Positions 26,501 to 39,903 of a stretch of DNA of 64,000 nucleotides are shown here, one piece after another; positions within the stretch are counted from its first letter, which is position 1, and each line of letters opens with the position of its first letter. The translations under genes were made by a program, and so were the position numbers. The notes beneath the pieces were generated by a model that worked only from the letters and a program-made list of their open reading frames with translations, was not told where the DNA came from and made no database searches. Source of the stretch: Phoronis australis (Eukaryota; Animalia; Phoronida); assembly GCA_002633005.1 (NCBI GenBank), contig NMRA01000114.1:120724-184723 (forward strand), read 5' to 3'.

Positions 26501-26721
26501 AAGTTTCCGTATGAAGGTCTGTCTGTGGCAGATACCTTGATACATGGTTTTAATTAATGATTTTTATCAATCGGTCAGTTTTCATCTTTAAAGCACCAGC
26601 AAATAAATAGGACTGTTTGAATAATGATTTTAGATCTGTTCATAATATTTATATGAAATGACATCTCCCATGCTGATGGTCCTTTACCTTTCCTGCACCA
26701 TTACTTCTTTCCTAACTTATA

Positions 26722-27085
26722 TAAAAAATAAAAAAATAAAAACAAATCAAACTATTTTTAAAAAAACTAAATAACAAATATAAAAACTAAATAAAATATA
26801 TATTTAAAAAGTAAAATAATATTAAAAAATAAATAAATAAAATATTTTAAAACTTACATAAAATATTAAAAAAACACACAAATGAAAATATAAGAAATAA
26901 AAAATAAAAACCAATCAAACTATTTAAAAAATAACAAATATAAAAACTAAATAAAAACTGTATATTTAAAAAAGTAAAATAATATTAAACAAATCAATAA
27001 ATAAAAAAATATTTTAAAATTTACATAAAATATTAAAAAACACAAATGAAAATATAAAAAAACTAAATAAAAATGTTTTATTAAA
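26722..27085 (+). repeat. A-rich tandem repeat, unit about 170 bp, about two copies
   Basis: AAATAAAAA(A)TAAAAAC(A/C)AATCAAACTATTT at about 26726 and 26896; similar low-complexity tract at 25150-25310. Confidence 0.8.
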
Positions 27086-27459
27086 AGAAATCTGCAATCT
27101 TTCTGTTCTCAGTACAATTTTGCAGCGAGTTTCCCTAACAGCCCATGCTTCCGTGTGAGGTCACTCCCCAGCCATTGTCACAACGCTTACCTCTTCTGGT
27201 ACGCAAGTTAATTGTTCCACCGCAATACCAACACCTTCGCACATAGGAACCTGAACGTCAGTTCTCTTCGGCTGCTCTACCCTAGCTCATATATGTACAT
27301 GATGCATTAGATTCGTAATAATTGGGGGGGCACTAAACTTGGGGTACTAAAGTGTGCCCTAAACCGGCTGAATTTGGCTAGGATTTGCCGCGATATGAGT
27401 GAGGGTTAGTTGACCTTTGGGGGCGGCTTGGACCCGGGGAAAGCCCGGCCGGGAGTGTA

Positions 27460-27800
27460 GGGTGGTCCTGTTCCAAGCGATGCTCGGGTGGGAACCACCG
27501 CAGGTCCAGGTAGGTTTGTGCTTGCACCGTTATGAGGTGCAATTTCCCTTGTAGTTAAGGCATAGCAGTGTCTGCTAGGTGAGTGTGGTATGGGGTCAGT
27601 AGAGGTGCCTGTAATGTGCAGCAATCACAACTTTCTCTCGGCGACCAGGGTGTGGCTGGGCTTCGAGCTTGGCGGGAGCGGTACTGTTCACCGTGAGGTA
27701 TCCAATCTGTCCTCGTGTGCCGTGCCCCAAGTCTAACATCGTGCCTGCATCCCGGAGGGCGGGGGGGGGCAGCTTCACTGCATATGGAGTCAAATCCGGG
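27460..27800 (-). mobile_element. DIRS/Ngaro-type retrotransposon gag remnant
   Basis: Minus-strand reading HDVRLGARHTRTDWIPHGEQYRSRQARSPATPW (cf. W..YDEQFR...A..P...W), then a frameshifted zinc-finger-like CYA(F)NYKGNC..RCKHK...CGGSHPS. Confidence 0.6.
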
Positions 27801-28654
27801 ACTGGTATTAGTCCTTTTCTCATTGGTTGTGACTACCTTTTTCTCCCATCCCCTGTCACTCCCCTACCAGGGTCAGGGCCCCCACGTGAGTTGTGGCGGT
27901 GGACAGGATTGTTCATCCATGAACAACCCTGCCCATGTGGCACATACTGAGCCACAACACCACGTTCCTTACAATATCTCTTTTTATCACTCCGGCTGGT
28001 CTGCTCACTCAGCTTGTCCGGAACCTGCTTTGCAGGTTGTTATAGCCCAGTTGGCTGTTTGGTGTACCCACTTGGTACTTTATATGATGTTTGCCCCTTT
28101 GGCAGTTTGTACCCACTTGGTACTTGTTATTGAATTTGCCGCTTTGCTCGACCCAGTTGGTAGGCAATCGGCCAATACCCATTTGGTATTATGTACCCAT
28201 TTGGTACTATGCTAACCTGTGCCACTTAGTATCCGATACTCAGTTACACTTTGGGTATCGGAAATGTGTGTGTGTTATCTCTTGTAATTAAGGAACCCAT
28301 CTGGTTCCTTCTGTGAAATTTTTATTTGTAGAGCTGTGACCCTGAAATTCCCAATACAACTTAAAATATTGATTATTCTTGTTGTTTTATTTGTCCCCAA
28401 TAAGGTATATATTAACAATGACGTAACCTGAACTTTAACATGGTTGGCTCAACAAAGGAAAAACGAATGAATACGCTATGCATTATATTATACTATAAGA
28501 AAGATCACATTACAAAGGGTCAGAATAAATATTGATTAAGTAATTAGTAAGAATAGATCCATTTTGAGTTGTCCAGAATTTGTGCATATGTGCTTCTAAA
28601 TCATGGGGTCAAATGTGCTAACATGTGTTTTAACGGAAAATCTATTTTAAGACG

Positions 28655-31410
28655 GTGTTTACAACTTTGGGTTCTGGTGTCAAAGCACTCTAGAGACTCT
28701 AAAAATTTCTGAGAACAAATTGTAATAGCCAATGATATGATTAGATAAGATCATGCGGTTTTTATAAGCCAATCACTAATTAAATAAGTAGAATATTATA
28801 ATATGCGCTTAAGTCAAGAAGATATTCAGATGCGCTATAGTAGTTGAAGCATAAGGACTTGTTACAGTGTACACAGGAAATTGTACAACGTAGCCTTCCT
28901 GTGGATAATTCTAGAGAATATCTTGGCAAGGGCAAGGGTTAACGAACAGGAAGTTAACTAAGAGCTTGTCACTATCATCGTGGGTAGTAAGATGCTGCGT
29001 GAAGTGTTTCGTCACCAGAGACTGTGACCAGCAAGAAGAATCGTCGGTAGAAGAAATTGCCTGCAAGTGTTGCATCATCAGAGACGGCGACCAGTAAGTA
29101 CACGGTCGCAATACAGTGTGTGTAGTTCGAAGATTCACCAACAGGACAGTCATCCAACAAGCGGAGAGTCGTAACTTGGATAGCAGATAAGAAATTTCAT
29201 TATTTTATTGATTGATTGATTGATTGATTGATTAAAGTAATCTTTAAAGAAGGTGCTTGCGTAATTACTCTTCATTTAAGGTAGGTGTATACACTGATCA
29301 AATCTCCAGGTTCCTAACTAAAATGAGTAAAAAGGGAGTTTTAACTAGTTAGATATGACTCTGAAAGTGACAAAAATCGAAAAAAAAAGTTTTTTTGTAG
29401 TTCGTTTTTTTAAAAAATCGTATTTTTTAATTTTCAAAAAATCCAATTTTACCTCGAATTTTTATTCAAAATGCACAAGGATCATCATCAACCGTTTCCT
29501 TACGCAATATTCTACTCATCCATACCAAATATATGTACAAAATCATTATGGTCTTGATTTTGTTGCATTTTTTGTGTGTGAGTTGGGGCAAGCACGCCAC
29601 TTTTTGTCATTTGGTCACTTTCCGTCTAATAACTAAAAATATGGTCCATTTATCAAAAAAACCCTGGCACGCGATTTTACTTCAGTCCTAGAGGATTTCA
29701 AATTTGCAACTTTCGTAAAAATTGACCCACGTGTTGTGGAAAAATAGGCCCGAGAATCTTGTCACTATCCTGAAATCACGAGCCGAGAAAAACGGCTTTG
29801 AAGTTAAGCGGTCATCGAATGCCACTTGAAATCAAATTTCGTTCAGAATGCTTGGTCATTATGTTCCAATTTTTGTTGAAGTACTAGAAATAATGCTGAT
29901 ATTTACTTTATATTTAGAAAATGTGACATACCTGTTTGTTTACAGCGTAATTTTAATCATTTTTTCGAACTTGTGAAGCACGACAGACGACCAAAACAAA
30001 TATGGCTGTCACGTGGGCGGAGCTTAGCGTTGATCTATATTTTCTGCTGTACTTGTGTGCAGACCACACATTAAGACCATGTGTTGATTGTTTATACGAT
30101 TCATCTGAACTCTCCACTCAGTTAGTAAAAGACTCTCTAACTATATTACGCAGACCTATTTGTTACTATTCCAATATTGTCATCAACCAATATATGTGTT
30201 ATATCAAATCGCCGCGTTAATGCCTACATAACAATATTGGCGACAAGGATAAAGAACTACTTTCATAGTATTGGTTCAATATTTTTACGTGCCTGTACCG
30301 AATGGACTTCGGGATAAGAAAATATCACTTTCTGCGCAAATAGCGTCGCTTGGGTGAGATTCCCAAGTTACTAAAGTTTCTTATATTGCTTTCCTCTTAA
30401 ATCGTATAATATCATGAGTTTTAATTCAGGGTTAGGTTTGAATCTATGCACTAGAAAATTTTTGTTATGTTGAACACTGAGTCATTTCTCTAATTCTTTG
30501 GCTTACGGCCAGTGGCAAGTTAAAAAATCCTCTGGGTTTGACAGCCTAGTTTCTCCACGGCGTGTTCCCAGCACAGAAGCACAGTTATATCTGCGAAGAC
30601 TTTACTCTGACGGCATGTAGTTGTCCATGTGTCGCGCGCGCGGCTTGTCTTCACAGCGCGTGCATGCACTCTCACCGAATTGTGCAACACCACCCACGTC
30701 GACACTCAGCGTCCTCTCGCAAGACACCTGACCTTATATTACCGACTTCTGTTATACATGCACAATTTCTGCACGGACTCCTCAAGCTGAGTGCAGTGAT
30801 GGCTTCGGTAGGGCTTGGCGTACTCAACTTGATTTTTTTGCAGATAGACTAACAGGCTCAGCCTCGGAACAGGAGCTAGTTCACCATTTCACTACCAACT
30901 TCCACATGGTCAAAAATAGAATTATTTTATTCTTGGTCTTGCTTCAACACCAATATCAGCTGGTACAGCGCTATCGATTGCCCGGTTACGCAATGCTTGT
31001 TGACAGGGTTAGATTAGAGCTAGTGTCCTTGTATATAAGCTCCGCCCCAGTTGTCAATCACTGAGCTGGTGAGCACTTAAGCCATATGACTTACTGAGGC
31101 TTGGTCAAATATAGCTAAAAAAAACAACTTTGGATTTTGAGAATGATTTTATTTTTCTTCAGTATACTGTGCATCAAGAATTAAAGATAAGGATGACATA
31201 AAAATGTAAAAAACAGTCAAAATTAATTTTTTTGTGTATCCACCTACCTTAAGTTTGTAATTGATTATTTTATTAACAACAGGGTTCACTAGTCGAATTA
31301 GTGGTTATCATACAATAAATTAATTCCTGGATTTAATTATTCACTCTCCATCTACGCACAATCTCAGAGCATAGCTATCTTTTAAACAAACCCACTGTCA
31401 ATCTCTGACA
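28655..31410 (+). repeat. Dispersed repeat, copy A (copy B at about 36246-38230)
   Basis: Shared from GTGTTTACAACTTTGGGTTCTGG to AAACAAACCCAC.GTCAATCTC once each copy's private insertion is removed. Confidence 0.85.
29280..31248. mobile_element. TTAA-flanked Kolobok-like non-autonomous element
   Basis: TTAA|GGTAGGTGTATACAC ... GTGTATCCACCTACC|TTAA; absent from the paralogous position near 38070. Confidence 0.8.
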
Positions 31411-32399
31411 CAAAGTAAAGCAAGAACTAAAAATCAAGAATAAAAATGGCTAGGCAGGCGCAACTATATGGTTGTATGATTGAAGTTCATTATACAGCGC
31501 AGGGAAACAAGTATCGGGGATGAAAGGAAAGCCACATATCTCTGACACTTTTAAAATTTTAAAACTTTAGCGATGCTGAGGTGCACAGATTGACCATTTT
31601 TCTGAATATTTTTGTAACAGTGAATTTTTGTGGCTCAGGAAAAGGCGTGTATGGAGTGAGTAAATATCTTTTCAGTTATGTTTCGTGGAATAAATAATAT
31701 AACTATTAATAATTTTTGGAAGAAAGTTGCTTAGGCTCTTGGCTTGAGTTAGTGGTATTGGTAATAATGGGTTGAGCGGTGGAATTAGTACAAAAATTGG
31801 CGTATCTTGAGGAGACATTTCGTTTGGGTGAATCAAGATTGATATCATCATGAAAATCTGAGAAATATGGGGTAAGAGCTTATCACAAGACTTAAACAAA
31901 AATTTTAGACAGGATATATGAAAAATTTTGTTGAAGGAAAGAAGATTCAGAGACTAAAATAACTGGTCAGTGTGATCTAAGAAGTATGATGAGGTATATT
32001 TCGAACAGCACGTTTTTGTAATGCTTGTAATCGAAGACAGTTGTGGAAATACCAGCATGTTACATCAAAAATAAAGTGTGGTAAAATGAAAGCTTCAGGT
32101 TTGTAGCTCCTCAGTTCGGTTTTAACCATACATTAATAGAGCATAAAAATATTTCCAGATGATCAGTGCAATGGGCCCACATGCGAGGCCTGCGCACGTC
32201 TGGTACAACGTGTATCAGTCGCCTGCAATTATTTTTTAAAGCTTCATGAATCAAAACGAGAACATGTTGATGAAACGTTCCTTTTAACATGTGCAGTACT
32301 CCACATGTTTTATCAGTCTTGTAGATTCGTCCTCGTGCAACAATGGCAGGAAGTACAGTCATAAAGTCTTAGTCTTTCAAACACGGATACTACCCATTG

Positions 32400-34600
32400 A
32401 CACACAATGTTGACTAAAGCACAAGAAACAGCTCTATTTGCAACCTTGGAATCGGATGCTTTCAGAGACAAGTTACAACAAACTTAATGATTCTGGGCGG
32501 ATTTTCAAAAAACTCAACAATCTGTGAACAAATCCAGGAAAACTGCATGAAGTAGCGGCCAAAAAACATAGGACATTGACCAGCTAAATTACGAAAGGTC
32601 ACAGCTTCGCGAGGAATTTAACCAAGATGCGGCATATTAAATGTAGCTTTGAAAAGCAGCAAATGTCTACAACCCAACGGACTGGGATTATTACATGTAT
32701 TCCAAAACCGGACAAGCCGAAACAGTTTCTGAAAAACTGGGGACCAATAACTTTATTGAATAGTGTACATAAACTGGCTTTGGAATGCGTTACAATTTGT
32801 TTAAAAAAATAAGACAAACCGATTACAAATACCCAAACTAAATTTATTAAAGGAAGATTTACAGCTGAGAACACAAGACTAATGTGTGATATTATGAGTT
32901 ATACAGACAAACAAAACATTACAGGACTACTTGTGTTCTGGGACTTTGTGTTCAAAGTCATGAATAATTTCAATCTATTTCAAAGCCAATATCATTCGAT
33001 ATATCTGAAGATTTCATAATAAAGCAAGTGTCCGTGATATAGAAAAGAGGATTTCCGTCAGACAACTTCATACTCGAAGGCAGATATGGACAAGGTGATC
33101 CTCTCTCCGCTTATATCTTTATACCATGTGCGGAAATTTTGTCGATATTGTTTAAACATGATCCTGAAGTGAAAGGTATTAAAATCGACAACGAAGACTA
33201 CCAAATACGCAGAATACACAATCTTCACACTAGGCAGAACTCCAAGAACCCTGGCAGCACAACTTAGAGGTTGATGCATTGATATCAGGACTGGAGGAGT
33301 GTGAATTGGAAGTATAAAATTCAATCAAGTGTTTCACCGCACGCGTGGGGTGATGTTGATTTTAAGCTTCTGGGTATTAATTTCAATGTGAACTTGGAAA
33401 CTATGTTCAAAGATAACTTTGATGCAAAAATGATGGAAATGAAGAATCTGATTAACAAATGGTCTCGTAGAAAGCTAACTATCTTTAGAAAGGTCAGAGT
33501 ATTAAAAACACTCTTGTCTTTAAACAATTCATGGATTAGAAGGTTCTTTTTAACAAAAACTTCATGGACGCTCTTGTTCCAAAAAGTTATCGGGCTTACA
33601 AGAGATGGGATACTGAGGTATGGAAGCTACAGGTTAACTTGATTAGATACCTTTAATTCTTTTTGGAAAGGATTCTTCCAGTTTTGGAGCTTTTTAGTTC
33701 CCAAACAACTATTTCAGGACACGAAGATGCGGCATCAATTAATGTGTGGCCCAACAGTAATATTACGATGGAATACAGCCCTTAGATTTATGAGTCATTC
33801 GTTGAAAAATGTATAATACTTGTGAACGATTTTTGATTGGAATGGTTATTTATAAACCTTTCAAAGTTTCCAGACCATTCACCAGAATAATGCCAGCTTT
33901 CTCAACTACTACTCAATTGTTAGTGCAATGAATATATATTTGACTACGTTTAACAAAAAAATCATTCTAAAAAGGTATATGCACCACTTTTACCTTCTAC
34001 TATAAAAAAATTATTTTGGCGAAACAGGGATTTCTGAATTCTTACCATATTTTGTGCAAATTAACACCATCGGCAGAAAAAAGCCAAAATATTGGGATTT
34101 TCGCTATCAGAGAAGATGTGGAATTTCTGTTACAAACTTCTTCATGAATGTTTGAACGATATAAAATTACTTTCTTTTCAGTTCCACTTGCTGCAGAGAA
34201 TTCTACCTATTAACTATTTTAAGTAAGATTAGATATGTGCACTCAAATGCTTGTACTTTTTCTAAATACTTCCCTCGATACTTTAGAACATTTAATTTTT
34301 GAATGTGAATATGTTAACTCCTTCTGACATGGGTTACGTCTCTGGTTTATGACTGCAATGTAAGTGAATTTTAAAATCGAAAAAACCTCCAGCATATTTG
34401 GTTTTCAAACTGAAGAGAATAGAGCTGGTTCCTTTTACAAACTAAAATTTTCACTTTTAAATGAAATTTGCTAAGGTCAACCCTAATTTAATATGTTTAA
34501 TTTTTTGAGGTTGTGCTTTTATGTAGAAGTCACTGCTTCTTTAGACAAACGGAAATTTAATGATACAAACAAATGAGAGGATTGGAAATGTGTTTTTGAA
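32400..34600 (+). mobile_element. Decayed L1/Tx1-clade LINE ORF2 (reverse transcriptase and C-terminal region)
   Basis: QRTGIITCIPKPDKPKQFLKNWGPITLLN, FIKGRFTAENTRLMCDIM, QGDPLS.YIFI.CAEIL, KLLGINF, INKWSRRKLT and a terminal EHLIFEC motif; many stops and frameshifts. Confidence 0.9.
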
Positions 34601-34904
34601 ACATGAAGGGAGCCAGAGAATTCACCAGATGCCCGAGCAGAAAGTTAGCTCGTAATTTCTAAATGCATGGAACTTGGAAGAAACATTCAAATGTTTTCTC
34701 GTTTTTGCACATATGTTGTTCTTTTGTGCATATTTGTGTATCTCCCTGTGTTTGTAATGGGTGTACAAAAGATGAAAAATATCCTAGCCCAATGATAAAA
34801 TCAGACGATTTAGAACGGTATTTCCAATCTCTTCGTATTGCGTAAGTAATGTATCTGTAACAGACTGGCTCGCACTGTTATGGGCCTACTAACGTAAATA
34901 CCTA

Positions 34905-35235
34905 ATGATTCCTCAACCACACTGGTGCATTGATATCATCTGCCTCCAGGAATCCTGGTTAAGCGAAAATGATAACCCGAATTCATTTCAACTTTCGTGG
35001 CATTCTATTGTACCAATGCCATTTCATGCGTCCTGTTCTCGTCAGGAAGGTCTCATCATATATGTTAAAAACTACTTGGAAATTAGAAAGCTCACTGGAT
35101 TTAACAATTTTACTTCATGATCAGGACTAATAGCTCATGCAAGAACTCCTGAGAATAAAACATTGACTATTGTTAATGTTTACTGACCGCCCGCAAATGA
35201 CACGAAGACATTCTTCAATGAACATACAGTACAGC
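34905..35235 (+). mobile_element. LINE apurinic-like endonuclease fragment
   Basis: IDIICLQESWL...GLIIYVK matches the N-terminal D.I.L.ETWL / GG...YV motifs of non-LTR endonucleases. Confidence 0.75.
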
Positions 35236-36792
35236 AACTGAATTATTGGACTTCGTCTGTTCTGCCTCACGCCTGACCAGACCGGAGCGTAACCGTAACG
35301 GTCTTCTCACGTCTTCTCTTTTTTTTCAAAGTGATATATATTTATTGAAGAATACACAGAACATACAAAGAAATAATAACAAACCCAGAAACCGCGAAGC
35401 ATTATATCTGGGTCTTCTCTCCGTTAGCTCTCACGCTTACCTGTGGTTTGGTTAACGCCTTCCTCGCGTAGTACCTTTTCTTCATAAAGGGATTACTTAG
35501 GAAGCTGTCAATGTTTTGTCTTGTTTCCAGTTTAAACAAATACTCCTGTTTTTCGAACACTCCGTCATTCAGTTGCCAAATCGATACTGTTTGCGAAAGC
35601 TGTTATACTGTGGGTGTGATTTTAAGTGCTTGAAGTCAAAATTTTAGAAGGTTAAATGGACTAGATGGTTGTAATCAAAATGCCCAACTGGTCGTCATCC
35701 CCCGCCGTATTCCTGGGACAGGGGGAACCTCTTCTCAATTTTTCGTAAATTTAATTACTTAGGAGGCTGCAATGGTAATTAAATTGAATTGCCTAGGTGG
35801 TCAGCTTCCCCGTCGTAATTTGAGGACAAGGAAAAGCCCCTGTCCATTTGGTCAGACGTTGATTACCTTAAGCGTCAATCGATTTAACTATAGTATAAGT
35901 ACGTGATAAAAAAAATCAATTTCAATCACTGAACTGGTATATCAGCTGACTTATTTTCAGTCTCATCAACCAATCTAATTGTTGGAAAGTCAACATTTTA
36001 TGCGAAAGATCAGACGCATAAAAATTTGTTAGGCTGGTGGTGGATCAATTCCTGTTAAGTTGGTCTGAAAAAATTGCATGCCAACTCACTCGTAAATGTT
36101 AAATAAGTGTTAGCAGTTCGCGTTTTTTATCAGTTGGACTTGTTTTGCAGCTCAGTCCGGAGACATGAATATGCAAATAGAATATAAAGATAAAGACCTT
36201 TTGGCTTAAGAAGCAAGTACCACAGAACATGGATCTATTTTTATATGTGTTTACAACTTTGGGTTCTGGGTTCAAAGTACTTTAGAGATTCTAGAAAATT
36301 CTGAGAACAAAGTGTAACAGCCAATAGTACGATTGGATATGATCATGTGGTATTTATTAGCCAATCACTAAATAAGTAGAATGTTATATTATGGGCTAAA
36401 ATCAACAAGATAATCAGATGCGCTATAGTAGTTGAAGAATAGAGACTTGCTACGGTGTTCAGAAGCAATTGTACGACAGAGCCATCTCGTGGAAGACTCT
36501 AGAAAGGATCTTGGCAAGGGCAAGGGTTAACGAACAGGAAGTTAACTAAGAGCTTGTCATTTGCATTGTGGGTAGTGAGATACTACCTGAAGTCTTGCGT
36601 CATCAGCAAGAGACTGTGACCCGCAAGAAGAATCGCCGGTGGCAGAAATTGCTTGCAAGTGTTGCATCACTAGAGACGGTGACCAGCAATTACACTTTCG
36701 CTATACAGTGTGTGTAATTCGAAGATTCATCAACATGACAGACATCCAACAAGTGGAAAATCCTAGTTTGGATAGCAGATAAGACATTTGAT

Positions 36793-38020
36793 TATTATTT
36801 GGCGAAATAAATTTCGCCAAGTATGTTGCTCTGTCACTAAGTTTTTTTTTTGTTTTTCGTACGATACAGGTTGCAATTTTCGTCCGATCATCACGAAATT
36901 TACACATAACACGTAGTTTTGAAAGTACTAGAAGCCTGTTGTTTTTCATCATAATCGGATCCAATATGGCGGTTGTGGCGGCCATTTTGTTTTTGTTTTA
37001 AGATTCAAAGGCTTCTGGAGGCTACAATTTTTTACGTACAAAACTAAGAATCGGCACAGTAAATGAACTGGAAGTGTGCTACGAGTATACCGGAAATTGT
37101 AATTTCCGGTTAAAAATGGCGGAAATATAGGCGATCGCGCATGCGCATCTCGATTTTGGCCTAAAAGCGTTTTGTCCTGTAGAGGGCGCATCATAGGGCT
37201 AATTCCTTCAATTTTTTTCAGATATTAGTTTTTTATAATATGCTAATATATAAAGCCAAAAAACCGGAATTTGGTTTCAAGATGGCGGATCTGGCCCATG
37301 TTGACCCATTTTCAGTCGTGCTGGAGTGCGATTTTAAACGGGAAGAAAAAAGACGTGATTTTTTGCATGCGGATTCTTTGAGGTACACTCTTTCAAATGA
37401 CGTGTAATAATTTTTTTCAGACTTACCGTTTTCGAGTTATTTGACTTTGAAATTCTTAAAAAACGCAAATTTTTTTCGAAACATTTACGGAATTAGGCGA
37501 TACCATTAGTTAAGATAGAACTTTGAACGGGCTTTCAGAAGATTTTTCCATTTTTTTCCAGGACGTCTACATTTTGACTTATTTGAGGTTTTCTGATAAC
37601 GCTGTTCCCTGGTTGAGCGCTCTTGCTGCATTTATGTCGGTTTAGCTTTTATTGAACTGGAGTGTAGGCTATTTCTTATTGATTTATGACATCTAAGTTC
37701 GTCATATGAATGTTACTATGTTGTTCATCATCTCCACCACCATCATCATTTTTGTCATCTTCGTCATCATCTCCGACGTCTTCTTTTCTTCAGTTAATTT
37801 CGCGAAGTGTCGCTCAAGACTGTAGCCTATTTCTTAGTGATTTCTGACCTCTACATTCGTCATATGAATGATATCATAACTTGCATTGTCCGTCATCGCC
37901 ACCATCGTCGTCATAGCTGTTATCTTCGTCATATCTCTGTCGTCGTCTTTTCTGGTCATCTCTAACAAGGTTTTTTTGGTTAATTTCGCCAAGTTTCGCT
38001 CTTCGGAGCGCTTTCATTTT
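36793..38020 (+). mobile_element. Helentron-type non-autonomous element (HINE/DINE-1-like structure)
   Basis: 5' palindrome TTGGCGAAAT-AA-ATTTCGCCAA, 3' subterminal ATTTCGCCAA followed by hairpin CGCTC-TTCG-GAGCG, T-rich ends, no TSD; empty site near 29200; 3' portion tandemly duplicated. Confidence 0.7.
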
Positions 38021-38941
38021 GGTTGATTGATTAAAGTAATCTTTAAAGAGGGCGCTAGTGTAGTTACTCTTCTTTGTAGTTGATTAATTAATAAAAAGCA
38101 GGTTTCATTTGTCTAATTAGTGGTCATCATGTAATAAACTAATTACTGGGTTTAATTATTCACTCTCCATCTACGCACAATCACAAAGCATAGCTACCTT
38201 TTAAACAAACCCACAGTCAATCTCCGACAACCACATGGTTTAAAAGTACATACATGTATGCATAAATTTTGGGCAACTTAAAACGGAACTGCGTGTACTA
38301 ATTACTTAATCAATATTTATTCTGTCAGTGAATGTTATTAACCAGATGTCCTCAAAGCCATGTAAGTTTTTGTCATAATCGGATAAAAAATACATTTCTT
38401 CACAAGAGATGCATTCACGAAACTAACTCAAGTTCTTGTTAGAGGAACTGATGCAGAGTCCATGCTAAGTTGTCACTGCGTCAGCCTCGTTTTGAAGTTG
38501 ATATTCATAGGAGAGAGAAATGCAACAATAAAGACAAATAAGAGTCGATTTCACAGATCTTTATTTTGCTTTAGTCAGCAGTACACTTGTGTAAATGTCA
38601 GCAATGTCACTGGTCTTTCACTAGTCTGAAAAGGAAGTTTAAAACAGTCATTATGCAATTACAGTGGTGATATAGTCGAACACCGAATAAAAGACACTTA
38701 AGTACAGACTGACACAGAAGTATAGTAAAGAATTTTCAAAATACAACTGAGAGCTATACATGTAGTTTTAGTTCGAAGAATAGATTTCTGGCCACAGTGT
38801 CGACATGTCTCAGTGTCAAAAAAATCAATCACAACTTTTGCATCTGACTCAAAAAATCAATCACATCTTTTGGATCTGACTACAAAGTAATTTTCTTTCC
38901 GTTGAGAAGCCTCCTATGCCCATTTGCATGAAACAGTATGT

Positions 38942-39903
38942 CAGGGTTGACTGATTGATCGAGGAATTTTTTTGAAAACAAATACCAGGAAACTGATATA
39001 CTTCTGTTTTTGAATAAGAAGTTTTTTAGCCATAACCTACTTTTCATTCAAAACGGTGGCTGTCGTTTGCTTTCAACCCCTGTCGCCTGCTGTCCGAGAA
39101 ACCGGCTGCGATTCCAGGTGGCGGTCAGACAGATCAAAATTGCCAAAAATGTATCTTTTAAGGGGCATACTATGACCACAATTTTAGAATCTAAAGAGTT
39201 CGAGCACTCTCAATCTGTAGTCGGATTGTTCCTAGCACTTGCAGGGAAGTTGCAATTCTGGGGAGAAAACTATCAAATTTGGTGTTTTTGGTAATATTTT
39301 AGTGTGCCGGGATTTTTTGCCGATGCGAATTAACTGGTTAAAAATCTGTGGCGTAAATAAGTTTGAGTTGTCACGAGTAGTGCTTGTGAGTTACAAAACC
39401 CTTTGTTTTTTCAGATACTCGATTAGCACGTGAGGAAAGGGCCCATCTGTACTTTGATGTGTGTCGGCAGCCAAAAGTCTGTTGTACATGTAACTGTAGT
39501 TTGCCCCCTTGAGAACTGACTTATTTCCAAGGACTCGCAGCTTTCGTCTATGAACACCGGTAGGCAGTGACGAAATTTTCGCGCTAACCAGTCAGTCATC
39601 AATCTATAGTAGGAGGAGTAAAGCGGCTCTAACACGTCGAAAAAAACAATTTCGCAGAATATTCCAGAAGTGGTGATTTATATTTTTTCCATTTTAAACT
39701 AGTTATTCACCAGGACGAATCCATGGTAATCTTCGTCGTCAGAAATATCCCCGTGTTGATAATAATAGCATTAACGTTTAAAATGATGAACAGATATTTC
39801 TTAAAAAACGACAATAACTCTAAGTTAAAGTATTTTCAATTTATGGATCAGGGGAACTAACATCGTCTCAGACTTGGACTCTGAACTTAGTCAATCAACC
39901 CTG
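38942..39903. mobile_element. Possible hAT-like non-autonomous element
   Basis: Inverted termini CAGGGTTGA / TCAACCCTG; no TSD recognisable. Confidence 0.35.

Noticed and set aside
27715-28215. 166-aa ORF with repeated THLVL peptides
   Set aside because: It is produced by the short nucleotide motif array and the antisense of the gag remnant; no recognisable domain.
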